A stretch of DNA of 64,000 bases. It comes from Vicugna vicugna (taxonomy: Eukaryota). Shown one piece after another: positions 12,581 to 24,382 of this stretch. A program made the translations under genes and the position numbers. The notes under the pieces are model-generated. The model saw only the letters and a list, made by a program, of their open reading frames with translations. It had not been told where the DNA came from and did no database searches. Every line of letters begins with the position of its first letter. Positions within the stretch are counted from its first letter, which is position 1. Location: NCBI GenBank assembly GCA_013265495.1, contig MU057487.1, positions 248,001 through 312,000 on the forward strand, read 5' to 3'.

Positions 12581-15500
12581 TTTTAAAATTTGTGCCTTTA
12601 GTTAAAAAGCCAGAAGAGAATTCTGCCAACATACCTTTTTAATTGCTTGCTGAAAGCAGCCTCTAATTAGTTACGGAAGAAGCTTGTCTCCCTCAAAAAA
12701 GTTATTTTACAAGACTTGCCAGGGAACTGTGAGTGAATATTAAAAGATGAGGGGACAAGTACATGTATTTGTGCTGAAGCTGGCTTTCCAATATCCTAAT
12801 TAATTTTTTTCCCTACTCTTCACTGAGTGGTAGCCTCTTTCTCTTGGAGGTAGGCTTACACCTAAATACCTGGAATACTGAGGCTTCAGGGACAAAAGCC
12901 TGAAAAATAGCCTCCGGAAAACATCCGGCACTCAGTGATTGAGTTCCTAGTAACAACTCAGCATTGTGCTGTGGAGGGGCGTCTTGGCCTGTGTGACCAC
13001 AGAAGCACCAAAGTAAGTTGTTACCTAGGGGAACGTCCGTTGTTTGAGAGTCCAACGTGGTCCATATTCTTAGTACAGAACTTCGTGACTTACCACTAAA
13101 GTAGCCTAAAAGAAGCTCTGCGCGTAATCTAAAACACCTGGAATTCAGTGGAAATCAGTTACCCTTATCATGAGGCAAGTTGGAAAAAGTAGTGCTAACG
13201 CTGGAGCAGTGGGCGTGCAGACGACTTCTCCATTGGCGAACCAATCATTTTACTAAGTACAAGACGTAATGGAAACTGTCTTTTGGAAATGTTACTTGAA
13301 ATTGTGTTTAAACGTAAATTGTGCTGTAAAACGTGATCTTTGATAGTTGTGTCATTTCTCACCGTTGGAGCAGAAAATTAAACTTATAATTTGACTGACT
13401 CCAGCTGGTGCCAGGCGGAAATATTTTAAAATAAGCACATCATTATTTCATCTTTGTTCATTTTGATTAGTGTAATTAATCTCTATAGACATAATTATTG
13501 TTATCTGTACAAAACATTAAACTACAGCTCCAGTTGTGTGTCTGGAGATGTAATTTCAACTACAGAGGTGGAATTCTATACAGTTATCATGTGCTTACAA
13601 TTAAACCAGATTTTTTGCCTTGAATTTTCCAATGGTAAATTCAATCCTGTATTTGCAAAGTGCCCCATATAGTCTTTGAAAAGTTCTATGGAGTAATATT
13701 TTTCAATATTAGAGTCACCAGAGCTAATTTCAGACAGTAAGTCTCATTTTTGCACCTTATCTTTCTGGAAGCTCCCAGCTGTGAACAGCTGTTCACCCCT
13801 GGCAACACTGTGCATCTACCCATTAGACGCCAGTGATCTAATACCATTCCACAAGTGGGAATCAATTGATTGGACATAAACCAGTCAGGGAACCACTCAG
13901 TGTTAATAAAGTTCAACTGCTTGAAAGTATAAATGTGACCACAGTCAGACCACTTGCTTCCTTGTGTAGTCTCACTAGGCGGAAGCTGTAGACCCAGTTC
14001 CTTTTGCGGACAATAGCTTTATTCTAGGCATACCCCAACTTAGATCATCTATTTTAGAAATGAATGTTATAAGTTGTTCTCAAGGAGAACTGGTTGAGAG
14101 GGAGTAAATGAGTAGATGCAAATTTAGCTCCCTTTTGGGGCAGAAACAGCAAACAAATAAATTATGAGTAGAACTTTATATTTTGCAAAGCCCTTTCATG
14201 TTCATTTCTCCACTTGATTCTTAGAGTGATAATGTGAGATGTTTAAATTTTTCATTTTATAGAAGAGAAATCTGAGACTCAGAGAAATTTGGTGATTTGC
14301 CACAGTTTACCTAAGAGAACGAGAGGATCTAGAACTCTTCTTGATGCCTCTGTCTAGGCTTTTGCCTCTTATTACTAAGTTATGTTGTCTATAAAATAAA
14401 AATAACATATTTTCAACAAACTTCCTAGGTTGGCAGGGGAAAAATGAAGGTGCTGGTAGGGGTGATCAGCTGTGCTGAAGTGAGTGTGTATTAGATCAAA
14501 CAAACAAGAAACAGCTTCACAGGGACTGGGCATGCTTTGGTGTAGCATGACCATTATATGGTGGTGGGGGCAGGAGGTGTGTGACTTGAACACAAATCTT
14601 CATTTTTACAACATCACAGTTTTTGCTCAGGCTAGCCATGGATAGGCTTAACTGTTAACTTTCAGTTTAACTTTTCCTTGGTGATTTGCAGGTTGAATTT
14701 ATTTCAAAGTCCAGAGCTTGTTCTGTCTCCCCTGCTGCCAGCTAATCTGCAAACTGAGAGAACTCTGCCTGCCATGATTTGTAAAGCAAAATTTGTAATC
14801 TGTACACAAAATGCTGCATCAGACATGAATTTATGACATAAGGAGAAGGGAATTCACCATTACTTTGTAAGTACTTGTTTTGGGTGTTAATAAAGCAATG
14901 CTTGTAAATTAGGTAAATGCAAGGAGAAAGTTGAGGCTGAGTCTGTTGATTAAGGAAAGATGTAAGATTATATTCAGCATTTATCAATGAAGATAACATA
15001 ATCTGTATCCTTGGTACCCTTCTCAGTCCCTCCTCACCTCCATTCCCAGTTGTTACTTTTTCTAGTGGCATATTTTTTTTTTCCAAGCAATTTTGTCAAT
15101 ATGGCCTCTGAGCACTAAGGAATAAGAATATTGTAGATGAGTCTCTTGATGCTTATGATTTAAGTAATATTTATTGTGCAATTTTGAGAAAAATACAAGT
15201 GAAATATTTTTTGAATATTTCAAAGGTCACTATCATGTATCATTTTAAAGTACAAAAGTAGTGATGTAGCACTTTCAGAATGAATCTAAAATCTCAAGGA
15301 AGCTTAGTCATAGTAGTGTTAGCATGAAATGATGTTTGCCAGAGGATAAAAGAACCTTTTCAAAGCTTCAATCCCCTAGAAGGGCAACATCATGCTCATA
15401 CTGTAGCATTGCTGTATTGTTTAGGTCAGTTTTGGGGACAATGGCAAAACTAGATATGAGTTTCACTCCCTTTAAAGCCTGTTAAATTCCTGAATTCTTC

Positions 15501-15609
15501 TTTGGCCCTTAAATAAACTCAAACATCTTCAGTATCGCACAATAGTATATATAATGATCAGTTATGTCCGTAACCCACACCCTGGACTATTAGCTTTGCA
15601 GAGTTAATT

Positions 15610-15840
15610 ATTTTTTTTAATTGAAGTATCATCAATTATAATGTGTCAGTTTCTGGTGTACAGCACAATGTCCCAGTCATGCATATACATACATATATTT
15701 ATTTTCATATTCTTTTTCATTTAAGGTTTTACAAGATATTGAACATAGTTCCCTGTGCTATACAGAAGAAACTTAAAAAACTATATCTATATCTGTATCT
15801 ATATCTATATCTATATCTATATCTATATCTATATAGGTGC
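15610..15840 (-). mobile_element. Short 5'-truncated lineage-specific L1 3' end with (CTATAT)n microsatellite at 15781-15835
   Basis: tttttttaattgaagta...tttctggtgtacagcac...atagttccctgtgctatacag, the same 3' terminus as the L1s at 55200 and 63131. Confidence 0.75.
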
Positions 15841-16099
15841 TAACATTTGTGCTTGAGAACTAATTTTTAAAAAATGAACAAAATCCATTCAACCATCCCA
15901 GATAACTCTAGTGAAACCAATTTGAAGACAGATATTTGGAATTTAATTGAGCAAACGATCTCCAGCTTATGAACTAATTGATTTCTGGATGGTTAAAAAG
16001 TGAGCTCATGTAAATCAAATCCTTATTTCCTATAGCCGTAATGTTATAAACTGGGACACCAATCCTGGAAATCCATTTTGTACGTTAAAAATACCAATA

Positions 16100-19000
16100 T
16101 TACCTTCACAAGAATTAACTTAAAATGGATCACAGATCTAAATGTAAAATGCAAAACTGTATAACACCTAGAAGGTAACATAGGAGAAAACCTAATGGCC
16201 TTGGGTATGATGATGATGTACTTTTAGATACTATTCCAAAGGCATGATCCATGAAAGAAATAATTGATAAGCTGAACTTCATTAAAATTAAAATAATCTT
16301 CTCTGCAAAAGACAGTATTAAGAGAATTAGAAGACAAGACACAGGCTGGGAGAAAATATTTGCAAAAGACACAGCTGAAAAAGACTACAATAATTAGTTA
16401 AAAGATACACAAGATAAAAATATGTACGGTGTGACATCAAAAACATAAAGCCAGATGAGGGAGAGAGCAAAAATGTAGAGCTTTAGAATGTGATCTACTT
16501 TAAGTTCTTATCAACTTAACATAAACTGTTATAGATATAAGTTGTTATATGTAAACCTCATGATAACCACAAAGCAAAAACCTATAGTAGATACATAAAA
16601 AATAAAGAGGAAGGAATTTAAACATACCACTAAAGAAAGTCATCAAATTACAAAGGAAGAGAGCAAGAAAAGAAGAAAGCAACAGAGGGGAACTACAAAA
16701 CAGTCAGAAAACAATTCACAAAGTGGCAATAAATAAATACCTATAAGTAATTAAATATAAATGGGCTACATTCCTCAGTCAAAAGACATAGAGTGGCTTA
16801 ATGGGTAAAAAACAAGACCCATCTGTTTGCTGCCTACTGGAGACTCACTTCAGATATAAGGAAACAGACTGAAAATGAAGGAATAGAAAACAGTATTTTA
16901 TGCAAGTGGAAACCAAAAGAAAGCTGGGGTAGCTATATTTTTATTAGACAAAACAGACTTTAAACCAAGACTATAAAAAAAGACAAGGGCACTACATAAT
17001 AATAAAGGGATCAATCTAAAAGGGGATTTAACTTTTGACAATATTTGTGCACTCAACATAGGAACATCTGAATATATAAAGCATATATTAACAGATGTAA
17101 AGGGAGAAATAGACAGCAATGTAATAATAGTAGAAATTGACAGCAATACAATAATTTACATCAAAGGATAGGTCATCCAGTCAGAATATCATTAAGGAAA
17201 TATCAGCCTTAAATGACACATTACTTCAAATGAACTTAACATATATACAGAGAACACTCCATTGAAAAGCAACAGAATACACATTGTTCTAAAATGCACA
17301 TGAAACATTATCCATGATTATGTTAGGTCATAAAACAAGTCTTAATAAATTTAAGAAGATTGAAATCAAATCAAGCATATTTTACCACCACAAAGGTATA
17401 AAACTAAAATCAATTACAAGAACAAAACTGGAAAATGTATGATTATGTGAAGGTTAAGCAACATGCTACTTAACAGCCAATGAGTCAATGAAGAAGAGAA
17501 AAGAGAAATAACAAAAAATACCTTGAGACAAATGAAAATGGAAATACAACATACTTAATTAATGGGGTGAAGCCAGAGGAGTTCTTAGAGGGAAGTTCAT
17601 AGCAATAAATACCTACATCAAGAAAGAAAAATCTCAAATAAACAACCTAATATAATATATAATAATACTATAAAATGAATTATATAATAATAATCTCAAT
17701 AGATTCAGAAAAATCATTTAACAAAGTTCAACATCTATTAATGATGAAAGCTCTCAAGAAAATAGGTGTTGAGGGAACTTACCACAAGACAACAAAGTCC
17801 ACATATGAAAAGCCCACAGCTAACATCATATTCAATAAGGAAAAACTGAAAACTTTCCCTAGAAGTTTTGGTACAAGGCAATAATGCCCACTCTCACCAT
17901 TTCTATTTAACATAGTACTAGAAGTCCTAACTAGAGAAATAGGAAAAGAGAAATAAAAGGCATTCAGATTGGAAAGGAAGAAGTAAAATTCTATTTGCAG
18001 ATGATATAATTACATATGTAGAAAACTCTAAAGACTCAATCAACAAAATCAGTTAGAACTAATAAATGAATTCAGTAAAGTTGAAGGGTACAAAATCAAC
18101 TTAGAAAAATCAACCATGTTTCTATACACAAACAACAAACTATTCAAAAAGGAAATTAAGGAAACAATTCCATTCACAATAGCAACATAATAATAAAATA
18201 CTTACGAAGAAATTTAACAAAACGCAAAATAATTATACACTGAAAATTATGAAACATTGATGAAGGAAATTAAGAACGCTGATAAATGGAAAGACACCTT
18301 GTGTTCATGGATTGGAAGAATTCACATAGTTAAAATGTCCATACCACCAAAAACATCTGTAGATTCAAAGCAACCTGTATCAAAATCCTAATGACATTCT
18401 CTTCAGAAATAGTAAAAACAATCCTAAAATTCCTGTGGAAACTCAAAAGACCCAGAATAGCCAAAAGAACCTTGAGAAGAAAAAACAAAGCTAGAGGCAT
18501 CACAAGTCCTGATTTCAAACTATATTACAAAGCTCTATCAAAACAGAATGGCACTGACATAAAAAAAGACATATAGTCCAGTGTGATAGAATAGAGAGCC
18601 CAGAAATAAATCCACACATCTACAGTCAGCTGATCTTTGACAGGGGTGCTAATTACACGTAATGAAAAGGATAGTCTTTTCAATGAATGTTTTTGGGAAA
18701 ACTAGTTATCCACATGGAGAAGAATGAAATTGGATTCTTCTCTCACACCATATATAAAAATCAACTCAAAACGGATTAAAGGAGTAAACATAATACCTGA
18801 AACTTCAAAACTACTATATTAAAACATAGGGGAAAAAACTTCTTGACATTAGTCTGGGCAATGATTTTTTTGGATATGTCACCAAAAGCATAGGAACAAA
18901 AGCAAAAACAGACGAGATTTGTCTTTTTGGACGAGATTGCATCAAACTAAAGAGTTTCTGCACAGCAAAGGAACCAATCAATAGAGTGTAAAAGCAACTT

Positions 19001-19550
19001 ACATAATGGGAAAAAATCTGCAAACCTTATAACTGGTAAGGGGTTAATATCAACTTTAAAAGAGAAGAAAATCCTGCCATTTGCAACAACAGTTGAACCT
19101 GAAGGATGTTGTACTAAGTGAAATAAGTCAGACATGGAAAGACAAATTACTACATGATCTAATTTATATATGGAATCTAAAACATTTGAACTCATAAAAG
19201 CAGAAAGTAGAAAGGTATTTACCAGGGGCTGGAGGACGGGAGAAATGGGGGGATGTTGTTCAAAGGGTGCACACATTCAGTTATGCAGGTGAATAAGTTC
19301 TGGAGAGTTAATGTACAGTATGTGACCATAGTTAGTAATATTGTGTTATATACCTCCAGTTTGCTAGGAGAGTTGATCTTAAGTGTTCTCACTACAAAAA
19401 ATATAGTAACCATCTGAGGTGATGGATATATTAATTAACTTGATTGTAGTATTCATGTCGCAATTTATGGGTACATTAAACCATCAAGTTGCATGCCTTA
19501 AATATATACAAGTTATATTTGTCATTACCTTAATGAAGCCGAAAAAAATA
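16100..19550 (+). mobile_element. Composite degenerate L1 (L1MA/L1MB-like): ORF2 endonuclease, RT and 3'UTR pieces
   Basis: EN-region motifs (tgctgcctactggagactcactt), RT-region motifs (ctatttgcagatgatataat = FADD; tgttcatggattggaaga), 3'UTR (gaataagttctggaga) and A-rich end ~19545. Many stops and frameshifts. Confidence 0.9.
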
Positions 19551-20999
19551 GTAATTGAGAAATTTCAATAATTTGAACTGCTTTTATCAAAAATGATTCA
19601 CTTGTAATCATATAGGTATTATATATCTCATTGTATTTTGATCCTTTGAAAGGTAATTATCCATGTAGAAGAAATTCTTAGTCAAACAATATGACAATAG
19701 CTAATATGCTTTACCTGCCTCAAATATTTTTAACAAATGTGGATTTTCTATATTTTGTTTGACAAGGGGTGGGAGGAATTTTACCTGTTCTACCAGAAAC
19801 CAGTGAAGGAATCCTGTTGCTTTAATGTTTTCTCCTGTGCAGAATATTTGTTCAGTTTTTTCCAGTTAAATGTGATATGTGAACATCAGCCTGAAAAGCA
19901 TAAATTTGTATCATTATGGAGGGTAATAAATAATGGATATATTGGCAGAAATGAAATATTTAATCAAGCATTTAAAATAAATTCAAATCATCAGTGATTA
20001 TTACCCTGATTACAAAAGCGGCATGTTCTTATGTAAAATAGAATATTTATGAATGTGTGTTTTCAGTCATTTTGAATACAGATGGGTATTTGGAAAAGTC
20101 TTCATATTTATTGAAGTTCCTCTGCCCTAAGGAGCCAGTTTTAGTTAATTTTTCCATCATCCTCATTTCTTTTATGATGCAAACTTAAAGGAGATGTAAT
20201 GAAATATTTCTGTAGTGACTGCTGGCTATATAGTCATTACAAAATTCAAAATACTGAGATGAATGATGGAAAAATATGTTTGTAAATGTAAATAAGCCTT
20301 GTTTTTAGATTTTATGTACCATACAGTTTATTTTCTAATTAGAGATAAATATAACTACATGGAAGTCACAAAAAAATGTTTCAGTGCTCTTATGTCACGT
20401 GGGTCTCTGATATTTCAGAGTGGTTTTGTTTTTAACCTGGTATATTAAAATCATTTGTGGCAGGTATCAACTTAGACAGATTTCCTAACATAGTCTGAAC
20501 TTCTTATAATTTAACATCCTTCCATTTCTTGGAGAAATATGAGTGCCTTCCTATTGTAGGATCAAGTCTCATAAGAAAATGATCATCCCCTGTATTTTGA
20601 AAGAAAAGGCTATGGCTTGGTAGAGACACTGCCTAAAAGTTATAGGAAGCTTTGCTAGTTTGAATGAGTTTTAAATAGTGCACAGAAGAGGTAAAAATAT
20701 AGGCTAATTTTTGTACAGAGTTGACTTCTCTGCTACCTTATTGCTATATGATGCAAAGGAAAATGTATGCAGTCCATGAGGCAGACGTACCCTAGGCAAC
20801 CATAGTAGAAGCACTGGCTATATAAGAATAACTTAAAAGAAATAGAAACCAGCTCCCCACTCCTCCATATCTAAAATATCCCCACATAACTGCTTTGATA
20901 CTTGAAAGTATGTAAGTAGATATTGATTTCTTTGGATAAAGATGTCACATATGCAGGATTTTTTTTTACTTTACATTTGATAATTCTGTTCAGTAAATA

Positions 21000-22430
21000 T
21001 TGTACATAATTATGTCAAACACTTTAGAAATTGTGGGAATATAAAATTGAATGAGGTAGAGTCCTTGTCAGTTTTTCTCACTGTGTAGTAAAAGACAGAT
21101 GTGTTAAAAATAGTGTAATGAACTTTTGTATGTGCTATGATAGAGTGCTGATTAATGTTAGGGCACAAATGAGCAAATGAAAAACTATTTATTGCGATGA
21201 TTAGAAACTGCTGAGGATAACTGAGTGTTAGATAATTGAGTGTTGAAGGATTAATGGCTATGTTCCAGGTAGACAAGAACATAAGGTATCCTTAGTTAAA
21301 AGAACCTCTTGAGTATGAAGGCCTGGAGAGGTAAAGCAGACTGGATTATCTGAAGAAACTGCAGACTGTTGGACTTAGGCACAATGAAGGGTGAACGTGA
21401 AGAAGCAGTGGGGGAAGAGCAAGAAGTGGAATAAAGTTGGGGAGTAGACGAGAGTTTGATTATGGGAACATTTTATACCTTGATAAGGCATTTGGAATTT
21501 AGCCCATTATCTATGTGGGGGGAGCATAGGATGAAATTAGTCAGGGAAATTATATGGCCAGATTTATGTCATAGATAAGTCTCAATACACTATGGGGGAT
21601 GGAATGGATGGGAAGACTCTGGAGACAGACCATTAGAACACTGTTGCAGCTGGTGAGCTCAGATACGGCAAAGACTTGGACTATGGCTGTGTCAGGAGGA
21701 GGCGAGAGGAGGGCGCAGTCTGTGAGTCTGGCAGTGCCTTCTATAGAACTAAGGAGGACAGCAGCAGGTGGAGTTTGGAGAAAAATGTGATTTCAGTTTC
21801 GGTCTTGCTAAATTTCAAATGCCTGTGGAAAAGTATGCACAAAAAGAGCACTTGATTTAGACAAGTTGAATAATTAAATGAATGACTGAATGAGAATGGT
21901 GCTGGAGAAAAAGTCTGACCTGGAGATGGAAGTGAGCATATAGGTGGTACATGAAGTCAGGGGAAAGGACAAACTCACTCAGAGACAGCCTGTAAAGCAG
22001 GAAGAGATGAAGACCAAGAATAGGCCGCTGGGGAGCACTGCCACTTAAAGAGCAAGGATAGGCAACAGAGCTGAAAAGGAGACTGCGACTACGTGGGCTG
22101 AATGGTAAAATGGGACACCCAGAAAGCATAAAGCCATACAAACCAAGTTACAAAGAGTTTTAATATCAGTGGGGAACAGTCAGCACTTAAATACTAGAGA
22201 GAAATCAAGTATGCATAAAACTAAAAAAATCCCATGGGTCTTTCAGGAGGTCATTAGTGACTTTTGCTTGAGGAGATGAAGTAGCAGTGAGGGGGCACTT
22301 GCTTGCAGTAGGATGAAGAGTGAATAAGAGGTGAAGAGAAGTGGTCATCCAGTGTAGATTTTCTTTCTAGAAGATGGTTGTTAGTGGAGAGAGATGCAGG
22401 AGGAGGTAAAGAAGAATCTGGGGCCAATGG
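21000..22430. mobile_element. L2 remnants
   Basis: Purine-rich degenerate L2 motifs (ggcatttggaattt, tttcagtttcggtcttgctaaatttcaaatgcctgtgg, caggaggtcattagtgactttt). Confidence 0.55.
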
Positions 22431-23149
22431 AGAAATTTTTATTTACTTATTTGTTATTTATTTTGCTTACTTTAAACGACTTTACTGAGGTGTAATTGAC
22501 ATATAAACATTGTATGTGTTCAAGACGTACACCTTATAATAATTCTCGGCCTTGTGTTTGATGTCCATTCCCACCTTTAGCACCACTGTCTTCCCAAATA
22601 GGTATCTATCCAATATAAGCACTGAACTAGGAACTAGGAGACCTTGATTTTAGACTCATCTTGCCCCAATGAGTTTTGGGATCCTGGACAAGTCAATTTC
22701 TGTGACTTCCAGGTTACTTGTTTTTAAGTTGTAACAGCTGAGAAGGCCCTTTCCAGCTCCATCCTTCTATATATCTTTGACCACTCTTGCATACAAACAC
22801 GGAAACATACTTGTTAATTGATAACTTAAATCACATCTGTTTGGGGGGTCATTTGTGTTGTAATAGTATTTAAAACCTTCAAGAGAAGTTAAAACAATTT
22901 AGATTCCAGACATAAACCAGAGGTGGGGGATTTTGGATTTTTCCTGGTACTTGGAAATCATGCCACATAGACACCTTTTCCATGTATAGGATTCACCCTT
23001 ACTGGTTATGTTGTTTAAGATGAGAAGCTAGCTAAGAAACAGTAGACAAAATTTGTTCAAGACTATGGTAATGAGGCAACTTTTAAATGCTACTGATAGT
23101 AACAGTTAGTGACAAAACTGTCCTTTCAAAAACTCCTTGTCAAGTCCAA

Positions 23150-24000
23150 ACTCAGAGTCATCTATGATTCATTTTTTAAAAAAATTCCACCCCACATCCA
23201 TTCCTTCAGGAAGTTTTATTGACTCTACTCAGTAAGTCTGTCGACTCTGCCCAGAGGCCGGCTCCTTCTCGTTGTCTCTGTTGCCGCCAGCCTGGGCTAA
23301 TCCAGCCGCCATCATCTTTTGTCTGTGTTACTGCACCGGCCTCCTAACTATTCTCAGTGCCCCCTTACTTGCCTCCCTACAGAATATTCTTCTCAAAGTA
23401 GTCAGAGTAATCTTACTAAATACGGTAAGATCGTATCACTTCTCTGCTCAAAACTGTTTAATGGCTCCCCATTTCATGCAGAATAAAAACCAAATTCCTT
23501 ACAATAGCTGCAAGGTTCTGTATAGACTGTTCCTCATTTGTTTTCTGACCTCATTCCCTACTGCTTTCTCCTCATTCACATTGTTTCAGCCAGAAAGATA
23601 TCCTTTTGTGTCTTCAGTCACACCAAGAACCCTCAAACCTCAGGGCATTTGATGCTGCTTCTGCTTGGAACATTCATATGTATCTTCAAGGCTCATTCCC
23701 TCACCTCCTTCAAATATTTGTTTAAATGTTCTCAATAGACCTTACTATCCCATTTAAAATTAAATCCTACTTTCTGGTCTCCAATTTACAAGTCTATACC
23801 TTACTCTGCAGTTCTTATTTTTACCAGGGCACTTGTGACATGTAATTTACTTTGTTTATCATGTTTAATATTTATTTTGTTTCTTCATAGTAGAAAGAAA
23901 TCAGAGATTTTTTTTGTGTGTGTGTGTAGTTCACTAATTGATCATAGTCACTTAGAAAAGTGCCTGGCATGTAATAGGCACTCAGTAAATACCTATTGTT
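23150..24000 (+). mobile_element. L2 3' portion
   Basis: tcacttctctgctcaaaac...tggctccccatttca... ending agtgcctggcatgtaataggcactcagtaaata, the L2 3' terminus. Confidence 0.7.
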
Positions 24001-24029
24001 TTTGATTTAACAATAACTCCAACAATGGC

Positions 24030-24382
24030 TGTAATGGTCTGAATGTCCATGTGCCCCTCTCAATTCGTATGTTGAAACCTAACGGCAAAAGTGATGGTAT
24101 TAGGAGATGAGGCCTTTGGGGTGGGATTGGGTCACAGGCGTACAGACCACCTGAATGGAGTTACTGCCCTTATGAAAGAGGCTCCACTTAAGTCTCTCCA
24201 CTGCTCCTGCTGTGTGAGGATGAGAAAACAAGTTTGTAACCTAGAAGAGGGCTCTCACCTGAATGTGCTGCCACCCTGATTTCAGATTTCCAGCCCCCAG
24301 AACTCTGAGAAATAAATTTCTGTTCTTTATAAAATACCCAGTCTCTAGTATTTCACTAAAGCAGCCTGAACAGGTTAAGACA
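24030..24382 (+). mobile_element. Solo MaLR LTR (MLT1A/MST-like), 353 bp, with 5-bp TSD ATGGC
   Basis: TG...CA termini (tgtaatggtctgaatgt...ttaagaca), internal aataaatttctgttc, and ATGGC at 24025-24029 and 24383-24387. Confidence 0.85.

Noticed and set aside
16898..19413. ORF fragments with RT/endonuclease similarity
   Set aside because: Disrupted L1 ORF2 remnants, not a functional gene.
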